DNA of 64,000 bases. Source: Zygnema circumcarinatum SAG 698-1b (taxonomy: Eukaryota; Plantae; Zygnematophyceae). A model generated the notes under the pieces. The model worked only from the letters and a program-made list of their open reading frames with translations, was not told the origin of the DNA and did not search any database. Made by a program: the position numbers and the translations under genes. Positions 25,124 to 37,700 of the stretch are shown here, piece after piece; within the stretch, counting starts at the first letter, position 1; every line of letters begins with the position of its first letter. The DNA lies in NCBI GenBank assembly GCA_037447605.1, contig CM074808.1:2480001-2544000 (forward strand). Direction: 5' to 3'.

Positions 25124-26562
25124 CATGGCGGGTGGCCATGCTAGAGGCCATGCATGGCAAGGAAAGGAAAGGAAGGCTTGGCCAGCACTCCGGGCCGCCA
25201 GCCTCTAGTTGCTGAATGCCAGTGTAAGGAGACAATGCGCTTTATACGACTTCAGGTGTTGTTTGTGGCCTTGATGGTAGTTTAAAGAAATGGTGTTTGT
25301 CATTGTTTATGAAACCACATTACCACAACCTGTAGATCCAAGGCCATTAAAAGGTCAAGCTTTTGAGAAACTGCCGAAGAAAGAGAAACGATCTTTACTG
25401 TTCCCTCCATAGCACCCTGTGCTCGTATCATGTACAATGGCAAGAAGACAGCCTTAAGTCTAAGAACACAAAGGGATCAGTTACAAACCAGCTATTTACA
25501 GTAGCCCAGTTACTGGTTCTGCTACAATGCAGTACTCATTCGATGAAAGACACGCCGTAACCCTCTCATTGATTCTACTCACTAAAATATACAAACTCAT
25601 CAATATGTACTATGCAAGCCAGTCTGAAACTCAGTATTCGCTGGTCTCACAACCTGCCGATATGTTTCTAATGAGTACGAGCTCATCAAAAAAACCCGAG
25701 AACGAAAAGCACCCGACGTCATATCCAAGCTTTACTTAAGAAGTTTCTCAAACTAAACATGCTTCTTCCCTCCGGCGACATGAGGGCTGAGCATCTTGCT
25801 CTCAGGATTGTATGTGAACGACTGTCCGGCCAGCATAGGCCTCCCATCTCTGCGAATCCGAGGCACCCAGTTTTTAAGCACGTTAAGGCAGGACGGGAGA
25901 AAACCAAGACCTGTAGAAGAAACTTATACCCTTCCCCTGAGCATCGTGTACAAACACTGATTTGATTGTGCTACAAACGACTGTTAGGCCAGTCAGCGAC
26001 GCTCGCTACATTGCTGAGTCATAGCCAACAGATGCATCCATAGATGTTGCGGCGCTACGTAACCCAGAGATCTGGAAATAATGCAATGGGCTTTTAGACG
26101 CCACTCTTCATCTTGCAGATTAGAGTGTGCATTGCACATAGAGAGAGTGCAATGCCCTTACAGCCTGCAACTTTTAACGAAGATTCATTCCTAAACAATT
26201 TGGTTCATGCAGCTACTCCAGTCCACACTTTCAACGACTCCGCAATCGCATAGACATTATGAATCTGCTTAACTAGCTAGGAGACCATTGTTTTGGAATA
26301 ACCGAGAAGACCCTCAGACACTGCGGTATTGTTCAGGATAAGAAGCAACAACATTCTTTTGGACATGACAAAATCAGAATGACTGAGGCTAACGACCATA
26401 AATCAGTCTGGACGTCAGGACGTTCTACAGCCCAACTGAGCCTAACCAATCCAATCCCCCGATGAGGAGTCGAAAAATTTGACTTTCTAATGAAATAAGG
26501 CAAAGTAAATCTTCATCGCAAATGACTTAAGCTCAACCACTGGGTGTGGGCAATAAGCGGGC

Positions 26563-28604
26563 TTACTTTTCGCTAGAAGGACAGCCTCCACCCTCCAATT
26601 TCCTCTTGCCATCTCTACGACGTTGATTCCTGTTCCTTGTTCGCGTGCCTGAGAATGACGGGAAACCGCTGAGAACATTCCCTTTCTGAAGCAGAACCGG
26701 AATGCCACCCATTGTTTGTTCATCTTGAAATTGATCATCCCCAATCTTTGCAGGCCCGCGCATGCCAGATTCATAGGCCACTTCAAGAGACGTGTAATGT
26801 GAACCTTTTCCTCCTTTCTGTGCACTGGGAAACAAGCCCAAGGACGCTGCCTCTTCAAAAGTAGGAAATGTTGCTCCATGCACAGCCTTCAAATTCCCAG
26901 CTACCGTATGGCTGACATTTGTGAAACTGGGTCCAAAAGCGCTGATTGAACAATCAGGCTTCGCAACCGTATGCCCTGTTTGCCCAGATTGACGTATTAC
27001 AGGTTGTTTGCCTGCAGTATGCTCATCAACAAGAAAGGTTCCGATGGCTGCTGCAGGGAAAGGGGTCTTCTGGCTGAGCAATTGATCGTTCTCTAGTCCA
27101 TCTATCTTGCTGACGTCTAAGACTTCACACTCAGCATTATATTGCCTGCGAGGAGAACTGTCTCCTTCTTGGCCAAAAAGCGTAGATCCTGATGCTCGTT
27201 GTAAGAGAGCGTAAACTGTTTGTTTGAGTTTTTTCCTCTTCAGGTGTTTCCGCTGAGCCCGACTCAGGCCCGACTCCGGATTCTTTGGTTCTTCAGAGAG
27301 ATCTTCATCTGTTAGCTCCTTGGCTGAGCTACCTGGCCAAATGACAAAATAAGAAAGAAGCGAATGGAATAATTTGGCACTGATCTCACGATGGCGAGGC
27401 CATCAAATATACCTGGACAAAGGCAAGATGTACAGCCAAGGTGAACCGACGACCTAAGGAAACATTTATCAAGACACGTACCAAGAACCATCACTAAACT
27501 ACAAGATCGCCGTTCCACTCCAAGGAATTTGCATAAAGAGATGGGCAGAACAGTAAATAGTCTGACATGCAAATACACTGCCACCAGCTAATGTGCCAAA
27601 CACGTCGGGACATGCCAAAGAGCGTACAGCCCAGGCAATGCTTCAAGACAAGATGTGAAAGTGGCTCACGCTATACAGAACTGCAAAAAGAATGTGCATT
27701 AGGCACAGGAAGTGCTCACAAGGAAAAGCTTTAACCCATGCATCCATGGAGTGACACACAAAAGTAAGGCACAAACAATCATGAGGTGAACATTGCTGAA
27801 TCTCCAGAAAACTCTCGAGACGCAAAAGTTATCAAGTTTAGAGGCAGTAGCGTGATGGAGAAAGACGTACCTTCACTGTCATCAGTGCCAGTTGTCAAGT
27901 CTTCGCCTAGCAACTCCTGCCTCTGTTGAGTACGCATCTGTCGTCAGCTCTGACAGCAACGCAAGCAACAGAAAGATATGATGAGATCCTCTGAAACAGT
28001 CAGAGTCAGTATCTTCATACACAAACAGTGAATGGTCTTTAACTGCTCCATCGATCCATGTCAAATGCACAGTCCTAGAACATCGAAACTAACAAAAAAA
28101 AAGCGGAATCGTGTAAATCATATGATCGTGACTAAGAATGCGAACATGTTCCATTTCGCCATCAACAATACACACAACGTGCAGTAAGCGACTTGAACCA
28201 TCGAACTGTAAGCGTAAGCCAGAATAAAAAGAAACATCCGGAAAAAAACAGCGAGGATTCAGCGGAAGTCTGCGAGATTCCTGTCCAAAAACACCTCCTG
28301 ATCCACTGTTTCACTTTTCCAAGGCAAGCACAGGTACTACCAATCTCACCAGCTCTTCCTTTTCCTCAACCTCACTTCCCTCCTTCCCTCCCTGATCCTC
28401 CTCCCCCGCCGCTGCACTGCTCTGCGGCGGACCATACAGGTGCCCGCTCTCCACCAACTTCCCCACCACCGCGTCTCTAAACCTTCGCCTGCTCTGTTCC
28501 GCAAATCCCTCTGAAGCTGCGCGACGCGGCCACTCAACGCCTTCAGAGGAGCCATCGCTACACTCACTGCCACCGCCCAGACCACCACCGCTCTCGCCCG
28601 CCAT
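26563..28604 (-). CDS. Hypothetical protein with acidic N-terminus and basic SRAQRKHLKRKKLK motif (NLS-like)
   Basis: ATG at 28604 (MAGESGGG...EEKEEL, then donor gtgag), a short middle exon near 27870-27930 (ELLGEDLTTGTDDSE), and a final exon from ~27308 open through ORF 26563-27081 to TAA. Confidence 0.6.
27375..27458 (+). repeat. Dispersed ~85-bp repeat, copy 2
   Basis: tggcactgatctcacgatggcgaggccatcaaat...gacctaag. Confidence 0.8.
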
Positions 28605-28701
28605 CGCGGCAGGCCGTCCCTCACCCTCCGGCCTCCGCGCTCCGCCCTGCGCCCTCTGCCCTCGCTGCATAATTCCTGCATCCTTCCAAACAATTGATAT
28701 C

Positions 28702-28762
28702 CGTATAAACCGTACATAGCCGTACGATAACGTACGAAGTCGTACACTCTGTTCTACTGTAC
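28702..28762. promoter_or_regulatory. Bidirectional promoter array of CGTAC motifs
   Basis: CGTAT at 28702, then CGTAC at 28711, 28721, 28731 and 28741, within the 209-bp gap between divergent ATGs at 28604 and 28814. Confidence 0.6.
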
Positions 28763-28813
28763 AGTGAACGAGAGTGAAAGGCCCGGGAGGGGCTCCCGGC
28801 GGAGGAGGCAGCC

Positions 28814-31800
28814 ATGGCGTCCGAAGGCTCTACTCCTCCAGGCGGGGAGGCGGAAAAGGGAGGAAGCGCGGCGGCTATGGAGGAGCTGGCAGGCTCCTTT
28901 GGCGGGTGAGTGCGCGGGGCCTCGCCAGCCGAGACCGTCGCCCTCGCCCTCGCCCTCGCCCTTTTTTAATTGGAGGCTCACGGTGGTGGTGCTTCGCCGC
29001 GTGCTGTGGCAGGCTCACATTGGACGAACGGTTTGCTCTTGTGCGGAGTGTTGGAGAAGAATGTATCCAGGATGATGAGCTGCGCAATCTTCTACTGAAG
29101 AAGAAGGACCCAGTTTGCTACGACGGCTTTGAGCCGTCAGGGAGGATGCACATTGCTCAGGTTCGTTATGGCTGTGCTTTAGAAAGTGATTGGGGCCATT
29201 TCTTAGGACGAATGAGCTCGTTTTGTCTTCCCGGTTTGTGTATAGGGACGCGCTAGTCCTTTGGATACTTCCCCTTACTTCCCCTTCCCCTTACGAATAC
29301 TGAGTTTAATGAAGTGCTACGATCCCTGTCGTACTTCGCGTTTAGTAAGGAAAGCCGCTAGGAATGAAATGCAATAATGATCGCAGAGAACGTGGATTAA
29401 GTCGATTTTTTAACTGGCCGTTGTTTACAAAGGTAGAAGATGGCAAAGTTTTAAGTAGGACATATGGTTGGTTTGCACATGCAAATCAGCTTTCAGACTC
29501 TAGCGCCATCCACCTGCTGTGTGCGAAGTACGAGGATTGCTGTTCTGCTGTAAAGGCCACCTCGTCATGCTCATGGGACACTTAGGGTGCGGCGCTCACA
29601 CTGCCATTCAACAGGGAGTGATGAAGGCGCTGAACGTGAACAAGCTCACCAAGGCCGGCTGCATCTTCAAATTCTGGGTAGCAGACTGGTTTGCGCAATT
29701 GAACAACAAAATGGGAGGTGACTTAAAGAAAATTCAAACGGTGGGACGCTACATGATCGAGGTCTGGAAGGCAGTGGGAATGGACTTGGAACGAGTGCAA
29801 TTTCTGTGGTCTTCTGAGGAGATTACAGGCAAAGCCGGGGAGTACTGGCCTCTTGTCATGGATGTGGCTCGCAAAAACAAGCTGCCTCGTATCATTAGGT
29901 ACAGTACAATCATCAGCTGGTTCATGAAGGAGCTTCAAGAGGACTCGCCTCCTTCTCGTGCGCGGAGTGGCTCGGTCTGCCTGGAGATGCCTAACTTATG
30001 TGTTTTTGTTCTGACATTGACAGTTGCATTTGGTAGGTGCTCTCAAATCATGGGACGTAATGAAACGGATGATCTCTCTGCTGCACAAATCTTCTATCCT
30101 TGCATGCAATGTGCTGATATATTCTTCCTTAAGGTGAGATAAACGACCTTGCAAAGGGCTACTTTTTACCATCCTTTTGAAATGAGAGTTGTACCTTGAT
30201 ACTTCGAGAGCTTTTGAGCCGTCCGTGTACCTCTGCCTTCGGCTAATATTCTGTAGGTAGGACGATATCGTCATCCAAACTGTTTCTTATATACTGTAGA
30301 GTTTTGGTTCCTAAGTCTGCTGTACTATGTAAGTCTTAGGCCTTGCACTTGTGATTTGGTTCGGCGCATGCAGGCAGACATTTGCCAGCTTGGCATGGAT
30401 CAACGCAAGGTAAATGTATTGGCCCGAGAGTACTGTGATGATATCAAGCGCAAGAACAAACCCATCATCCTTAGTCACCGTATCCTGTTTTGTCATTGGA
30501 AGCAAGTCATCCCTTCCCTTTTCCTCGAGGGTTTATGGGTCATAAGTGGGTGTGTATGCTAACGAAAGAGATGTATGTAGATCCTTAGCGGCCAGCAGAT
30601 ATGCTCCCTGGCCTCCTACAAGGTCAGGAAAAAATGTCAAAATCAGATCCAAACTCGGCAATTTTCATGGAAGACGAGCCTGTGAGTGAATATACCTTCC
30701 CTCTCATAATCACCGAATATTTCAGTAGAATTGTCTGAAATCTGACAAGTGTCCGGTTTAACAGTTTTGTCAAAGAGGTAGTAAGTATGCGCAGATGTTG
30801 GAAGATCAATCCGCCGATCAATTTCAACGTTTTGGGCGAGGTCGTCCTTGACATGTACCGGGTGGAGGAGCTCTCACACGTGGCAGATGGTGTTGCGGTT
30901 TTGGATGGAGCAGGATGAAGTGAATGTGAAGATAAAGAAGTCGTACTGTCCTCCCAATGAGGTGGTAGGCAATCCTTGCGTAGCATACGTAGAGTACATT
31001 ATACTGCCCTTTTTTGGAAGCTTTGAAGTTGCGAGAAAAGAAGAAAATGGAGGAACAAGGTGAGATTGAAATTGACACGAGTAGACTGACTTCGTGAAAT
31101 GTATTTCTTTCCGCCTTATATGATTCAGTAGCAAAGTGTGTGTAGGAAGTTCTTGAAGTTGTAGGATGTGAGATGGAATTGCGGTGTTGATCAAGCATTT
31201 CTGTTTGCACGGTCGTTCCGGTTAAACCATTGTCTATTTGTGTGAACCCAATATTCACTGAGGCTATCAAGATTGAATACTTGTAAATGAAGTGCAGCAA
31301 ATCACCATATGGATGATTAGCCGGGCAATAGTTTCTAGTGCGTATATCGTAGGGCTGTCAATCTTTGCAGCTGGTAGTGAGTGATAGGTGGAGTAACGGG
31401 AGAGAGGCGATAATTACGTCTTGTTCAGGGTATATACGCAAATCGAGGAGCTTAAGGAGGACTACATTTCTGGAGTTCTACACCCTGGGGACTTAAAACC
31501 TGCACTGGCACGGGCATTGAACTTCATATTGCAGGTGAGAGGCCGAATAACAGTGGAGATATTCCAAACAACTCGTTTGGAGAAAAAAAAAAAATGTGTG
31601 TCGCATATACTGCTCATTGACCCTTCTCAAATTCACTTGTCGCTGGAAGACGATGCTCATGGGTTGGAGGTATGTTCGATATTTGTGAGCTCGCGAAGGA
31701 ACTTCCAAGGTTGCAGTTGAGAAACTGCATCCACATTTTAGGGTGACATGCGACTATGGTTGTGCTGATTTCCTTTGTTTTTGTCCACAAAGGTTCCCCC

Positions 31801-32601
31801 CTGATCAGTTGGTGAAAAACTGCATAGACCAATCGTGTTGTCGTTTCAATGATGAGTCATGAAAAGTGGCTAGGAGGTTGTTCCATTTGTAAGCAGAGAG
31901 GTAGTTCGAACATCTTGAAGTGCAGCCGAGAGCTCGCCGATTGCAGTAACTAAATTTCTGGAAGGGGGTGACGAGATAAGGCATTGGCCGTTACAAAGTC
32001 ATTTATTGGCTCTTGATGGTCATTTTGTTGTTGGCTGGAACATCTTTTGCTGCGTCACAAAGATCTGATTAGCTCTCCTCATAATGTGATCCGGAATCAT
32101 CAGCTTTTGTCGTGCGTGGGCTATTGTGATTGCTTGAGGAGTCATGTGTGCAGCAGATGAATGCAACATTTATCATTGTTCGCCAGTAATTCAATTTAGA
32201 GTTGCAACCCGGCTCAGCTGTTTGGCTGCTCTCAGGGCATGTCTACTGGAGTGGAAATCCATAAGACTGATTGGAGGAACTTGCCATCGTCTTGTTTCGT
32301 TGTGGCATGCAGCCTGTTCGAGATCACTTTAAGAATAATGCAGAAGCCAAGAAGCTGCTTGCTCAGGTTAAGGTGAGAGGCATTTTTAAATCCTGGTTGG
32401 GCATGTATTGCTGCATAAGTCAGCAATTGAAGTTTTTTTTGTTCTGGCAACAATTTGCCGACTTCTCAGTCACAATGGTTGTTGCCCATTTGAATAAAAT
32501 ATAGGAAGGACCTGTAGGTAGGTTGTTCTACATGAGTGGACTGCTGACTCTTGTTGAATCGACTTGTGGTCCTTTCACAGAGCTACAAGACAACCAGGTG
32601 A
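28814..32601 (+). CDS. TYRS: Tyrosyl-tRNA synthetase, cytosolic (eukaryotic/archaeal type)
   Basis: Exons 28814-28905, 29013-29160, 29615-29898, 30037-30133, 30374-30479, 30599-30681, 30914-31059, 31429-31534, 32313-32372, 32581-32601. Motifs YDGFEPSGRMHIAQ, YPCMQCADI, QLGMDQRK, KMSKS, LHPGDLK. Confidence 0.96.
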
Positions 32602-34721
32602 TTTGTCATATTCCTGTGACCACTGCGATTGGGCGAGGCTTTGCCTTCCTGAGAATGCATTCGAGTTTGCGGAGGGAGCGGGAGGAGATGGACGGACGTG
32701 ACAACCAAGTGAGGGGAAACCAGAAACTCGTTTGCTCTGTTTGTGTTTGTGAGCGAGAGAAGTTGCAGCTTGCACGTATTCATTGGACAGGTATCGCATT
32801 TAGTCCACTCATGTGCAGTGTTTATGAGAGAGGAGGTTGAATTAGCTAATACGAAACTTTTGGAAAAAGTGCTTTTGAGTGCTGTAATGCGAGAGTTTTC
32901 GTCCTTGAATGCAGTCCTGCGATATTTCTGCAGTCAGTGCGATGAGATTTTCTTGCTGGTCTGCTGAAAAGTGGGCCACAGTTATCCCTTGCAAAAAATG
33001 AGATTAAGGGAAATCGCGTGTGGAGTGACCTCGTTATCGTGGTAGCCATGTTGGAAGAAATGTTGCCCGGGAGCTATCTAATTGCGTGAGCTCTGTGAGG
33101 GACCGGCCATATCGACAAAAGAGAAGTCTTTTGTGCATTGGTGGGACGTGTTGCTTTACGGAGCTTGAAGTGTGGGGGAAGCCTGAGGCTCCTTGTGGGA
33201 CTTCTCCCTGCTTCTACCGTTTCTGGTAGAGCTGGTATCCACCGCCAACATATGTCCCATAGTAACGTCCAAGGTAGAGAACAGCACTTCTATGCTTGAA
33301 AATGTGTGCTATATATACTAGGGCCAATAATAATATTCTCCGGACGATAACTTCCTAGAGGACGCTTTACTGTGTTGGTTCTTGGACAGCTCGTTTCAAG
33401 ACCTTCCTAACGAGCTAAAAGTACGATACAAAACAGTTCTTTGCACGGGTGTTTGAGCGAATGGCGCAAATCAAATTCCTCGCGCGCTGTGTGATGTAAA
33501 GCGGGCGTGATCGAAGGCCTCGGACCGTCTACACCCGATGGGATAGAGACTAAGCCACAGAGACAGGACGATCTGCATACATACAAGTAGTGTATATTGT
33601 GTGACTGTAAATTCAGCTGTACAGTAATCCAACGGTCAAAGAGGGAATCTAGGTAATCACGCTTGCGAAAGTGTTGCTCAAGAGCAATGCACTGTGAGAG
33701 CTCTGTGAGGGAATTGCGATGGAGAAAAAAGAATAATATTTTGTGCAGGTGAGTAAACGAGAGACTGGACTGGCAGAAGTTTCTTGGTTAATTCACTGCT
33801 CTTACTTTCTCGTCCTGCATTCCATAACCGGTCTTTCAAAAACGAAAATGAGCTAAAGCGACGCTTGCTCAATCAGAGAAGACCTTGACAATAATTTGGG
33901 TCTCTCTAACGGCCACTCGAATACATCACAGCCTTGTACCTTTTTCTCAGCATTTTACTATTGAAAGTCGCAGCTGTTGTGAGGCGTCATGCTTCTGTGG
34001 GGAGCGTCTTGTTAGTTTCTACTTTTTCGGTTCGTCATGCACGTTTGGAAATGACAGATGTATGCAGCCTCAAAAACGGAGAACGGAGCTACTTCCACCT
34101 TCCACGGCTCAATGTCCACACTCCAACGTCCAAACTGCGTTGGTTCCTTCACCGAGAGCGGACCTTTACAAGGTCCCTGCCCCCTATGGCAAGTGAAGGA
34201 AAAGAATTAAGCTCTGAAATGTCCTTAAGATAGCTACGGGAGCAGCGCCTTCATGACAATTTACAGTGTTCACATTCGTTTGCACCATCACACCTCCAAG
34301 AGGCATGAGACACTGCCAGCTGATATACCTGTTGGTTAAATAATCTGGACGCGAAGGGTCCTTAAGTGAAATGGGAGCTCCTCACATCGACACAGCCGCA
34401 CTCTATAACCTGCCCTACTTGAAATAAATGGGGACTGATCTGCTGGGTATCTCCTCCGTCCTTGAGCCATCTTGTCACGGCCTGCCTTGGAAGGGAAAAA
34501 AGGACGAGATAATTTATACAAAACTACTGTGGTATTGGAAATCTCGGCAAATAGACGGCTTACAGCTATGAAGAATGCCGACTTCTGCAACCGAGCAGTA
34601 GACAGTGTTGCGTGCCTAGGAAGACGTATATGTTACAAATCGCTCTGTTGCCTTCCTAAGCCTGTCAAGGTACAAGGAAACTCTCCTAAGAGAAAGCTTC
34701 GGCCTCGATGGCACAAGGAGC

Positions 34722-37700
34722 TCAAAAAAACAAGATAATGTCTTCCACTTTTTTTACTTTCACTGGATCGCCTCTCTTCAGCTCCGCCCTCCGGACTGGC
34801 GGCAACTGCTTGTAAGATGCGAGAAACGCTTTCAATCGTTGACCCACAGTGCGCACATTGATCGGTTTTCCCATTACCGCTGAATAGCCCACAGTAGCGT
34901 ACCTTCTCTGTAGCACATGGGCGCAATTTTTCCATAGAAACTGTAAGTACATGGACGGACATCACAAGCAGCTGCTGAATGAGTAAAAAGACAAAAGATG
35001 AGTACCCAAGTTGACCAGAAAAGCAAACGGCTAAGTATCTCTGACACAGCTTCTCAGGCCAGTTGCCGGTGTAAGGCTTTGGATGATAGAGTATGGCGAC
35101 TTTATTTATAAGATTCATAGATAGCTTACCACGTCGTCAGGCTCAACATTAGCTGAAATGGCGATGATAGGCATTTCCGGTAATCCATTGGCAATCTCAA
35201 AATCTCGGACATGCATGCACGCCTCAGAGCCGTTCATCACCTTCAACCTGCCGCCAGCCGGCTCTGACCAAGTGTTAGCAACTCCGCCAAACCATTCTTT
35301 CTGTGTAGACCTCACATAGTATGCGAACAGAGCACCGCAAGGTCCGTTAGTTGTTTGTCAAGTAAAGTGTTAACAGAGATAAAGAGCTAAAGAGCTAACT
35401 GAGGGTTCACACAAGTAAGTTCCATCTCCCGTACGCAAAACGACCTGCTATTCGTCAACAAGCAGTACAACAGCACCGTCCAATTTGATTAAGACTCACT
35501 GAAACATTCTAACTTAGACTGAAAAGACAGGAGGGTTGATTGCCCGTTATTGCAGAGGGAAAAGACACTCACCGTTCATCAAGCAAGAGAGCATCGAATT
35601 GCTGTCGCTGATTCACCACCAACTCCACTACGTCGGTTCCATCTGAGCCGATTACTACATTGAAGCTCGCTCTGCGTACATTACAAGAAACCTATCAGTG
35701 TTGGCTCGAAATTAGATCCTTCAAGGCATTGACTGCCTATCCGTCAAACAGCTCCCAAGATCGCAAAGGTGGTCCTGTACTAAGGGTCATTCTCGCCTGT
35801 GTAAAACCTCCTTGAAATGCCTACTTCTACCCTCCTTTCCCTTCTGCAACACCGCAAAACACGCAGACTACTAACCCAACAAATGACGCGAAGGAGGTTA
35901 TTTTTTTTTTTTTTAAATGAAACACAAATGTAGCCAAACCTACCTACGGGCAAACGTCAAAAAAAAAAAACGCAAAAGACGACGTTGCCCTTATTCAAAC
36001 TCCTCTGACAACAAGGAAGAGGAAAAGCTCATTCATACCGGTCCAGTGCTCGCTTCACGACCCTTACGTTCACCGGCTCATCATCAATGATAAGTACCTG
36101 CAATAAAAATTGAGCTCCGAAGGCATTGGACATGGCGGTACGACCTGATTGACACTTGTAGACCCTCGATGAATTTAACATCAGAAAACACATGGGATTT
36201 CTGAACTTTTGACTCAATTGGATTGTAAACTTTGTCATTGGGTTTCAACTCAGAAAAGAGACGTACCTTAGGGGTGACCCACTCATCCGGCTGTGGCGTA
36301 GAAGTTTCTTGACCAGGCAAATGGGGTTGTACAGGTTGTGCTTCTACGACTGTTAGATGCAGCTCCTCCGGCTGAAGTGGACTTCCCATGCCTAGTCCAA
36401 GAACTTTTGCCGATGGTTGTACTTCTCTAGTTTCAAGTACATATTTTGTATCTTGGCGTGACGGTATTATCGTCGACTGAGGGGGGAAGGGGTGGGTCAC
36501 TGGAAGAGACTTGGTAGAAATGAGCCGTGTACCTGACGACGAAGTTGTACCTGACGACGAAGTAGCGGAACTACTAAAGGAAGCTCCCAATCGGCCTAGT
36601 GCCACAGTAGGCGCAGCAGCAGTGTTAAACACGGGCTGCAACTCTGAAGATTGGCAAGCGTAAGAATAGGCATCTGTGTTGCCAGGTTGACATGGTGGGG
36701 ACAGGTTTGGAGGCATGGGCGGGCTGGGACTGTTAAGAGTTTGAATGGCCTTCTTAGTATGTGAACGAAGTGCTCCAACCAGCTTTGTGGCTGCTTCTGA
36801 TGCTTGGTTGTCCCTGACATTTCTAGTCATTCTCGGAGAACCAAACATACTACTACATGTTGATGAAGTTGTGCTGAACGCGCCCGCCAACCCTGCAATG
36901 GAATTCGCTCTAGACAAAGGTACAGATGCATCTGCTGCCACGGTTAGAGCAGTGGGCGTTGCCACTCCTGACTCCCTGGGAACTCCTCCTGGTCGTAGGT
37001 CTCCAGAGCAGGCCACCTTAACGTTCAAACTGTTCTTCTGCTTGAACATAGCTGCCACCTCCTGCAAAGCCTTTGCCGTTGCAGCCGCAAGAAGCAGCAC
37101 TGGGGGTCGACCGTCACAGGGAACAGCCCCCCATTGCTGTCTCACAGTGCCTCTGGTAATAACCTCTGCAAGAACGGCAACTGCATCTGAGGCTACATGT
37201 TCCCGTACAACTTTGAAACTCCATTCGTCCCCATAGATACTATTCAAATTAGCAGTAGCTGCTGCCTGGTCTTCCACTGGGTCTCTATGTTGGTCAGCAC
37301 TTGTCTTGTACATCAAAGGCTGAGATTCTGAACCTGTTGTTTGAATCTCAGCATTCCCACCTCCCGAACATAAAGTCACTTCGGGTCCGCCAGTTGCACA
37401 GGTTGCAGTCAAACTCGGCAAAGCTCCTCTCTGCCCCCAAGATGGATGAGACGCACCATTGAGTTGACCTTGAGGAAATGCTTTTGGAAAATGGACAGGC
37501 GCAATCCTGCTGGCAAATGCCGGAAAATTTTCTTTTCCGTTACCCTTCGGAAATGATGTGGGTGGCATAGAGGGAGAGGGCTTCTGTGCCAACCGAGAAT
37601 CCATTTGGCTTGAAGAACGGAATGTCGTCGCCGAGATACTCGTTTGGTGTGCTTCGCCTGTATCTGAGCTCTGCCCATTGCGACCACCAGAATCTATGAC

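Noticed and set aside
24267-25235. PPIPS- and GWEGM-repeat ORFs
   Set aside because: Translations of the G-rich minisatellite; no independent coding evidence.
28702-28762. CRISPR-like repeat-spacer array
   Set aside because: The repeats are 5 bp and the spacers 5 bp, in eukaryotic DNA with no cas genes.
32602-34721. Short ORFs between TyrRS and the phytochrome-like 3' end
   Set aside because: No recognisable motifs or consistent splice pattern; likely convergent 3' UTRs.
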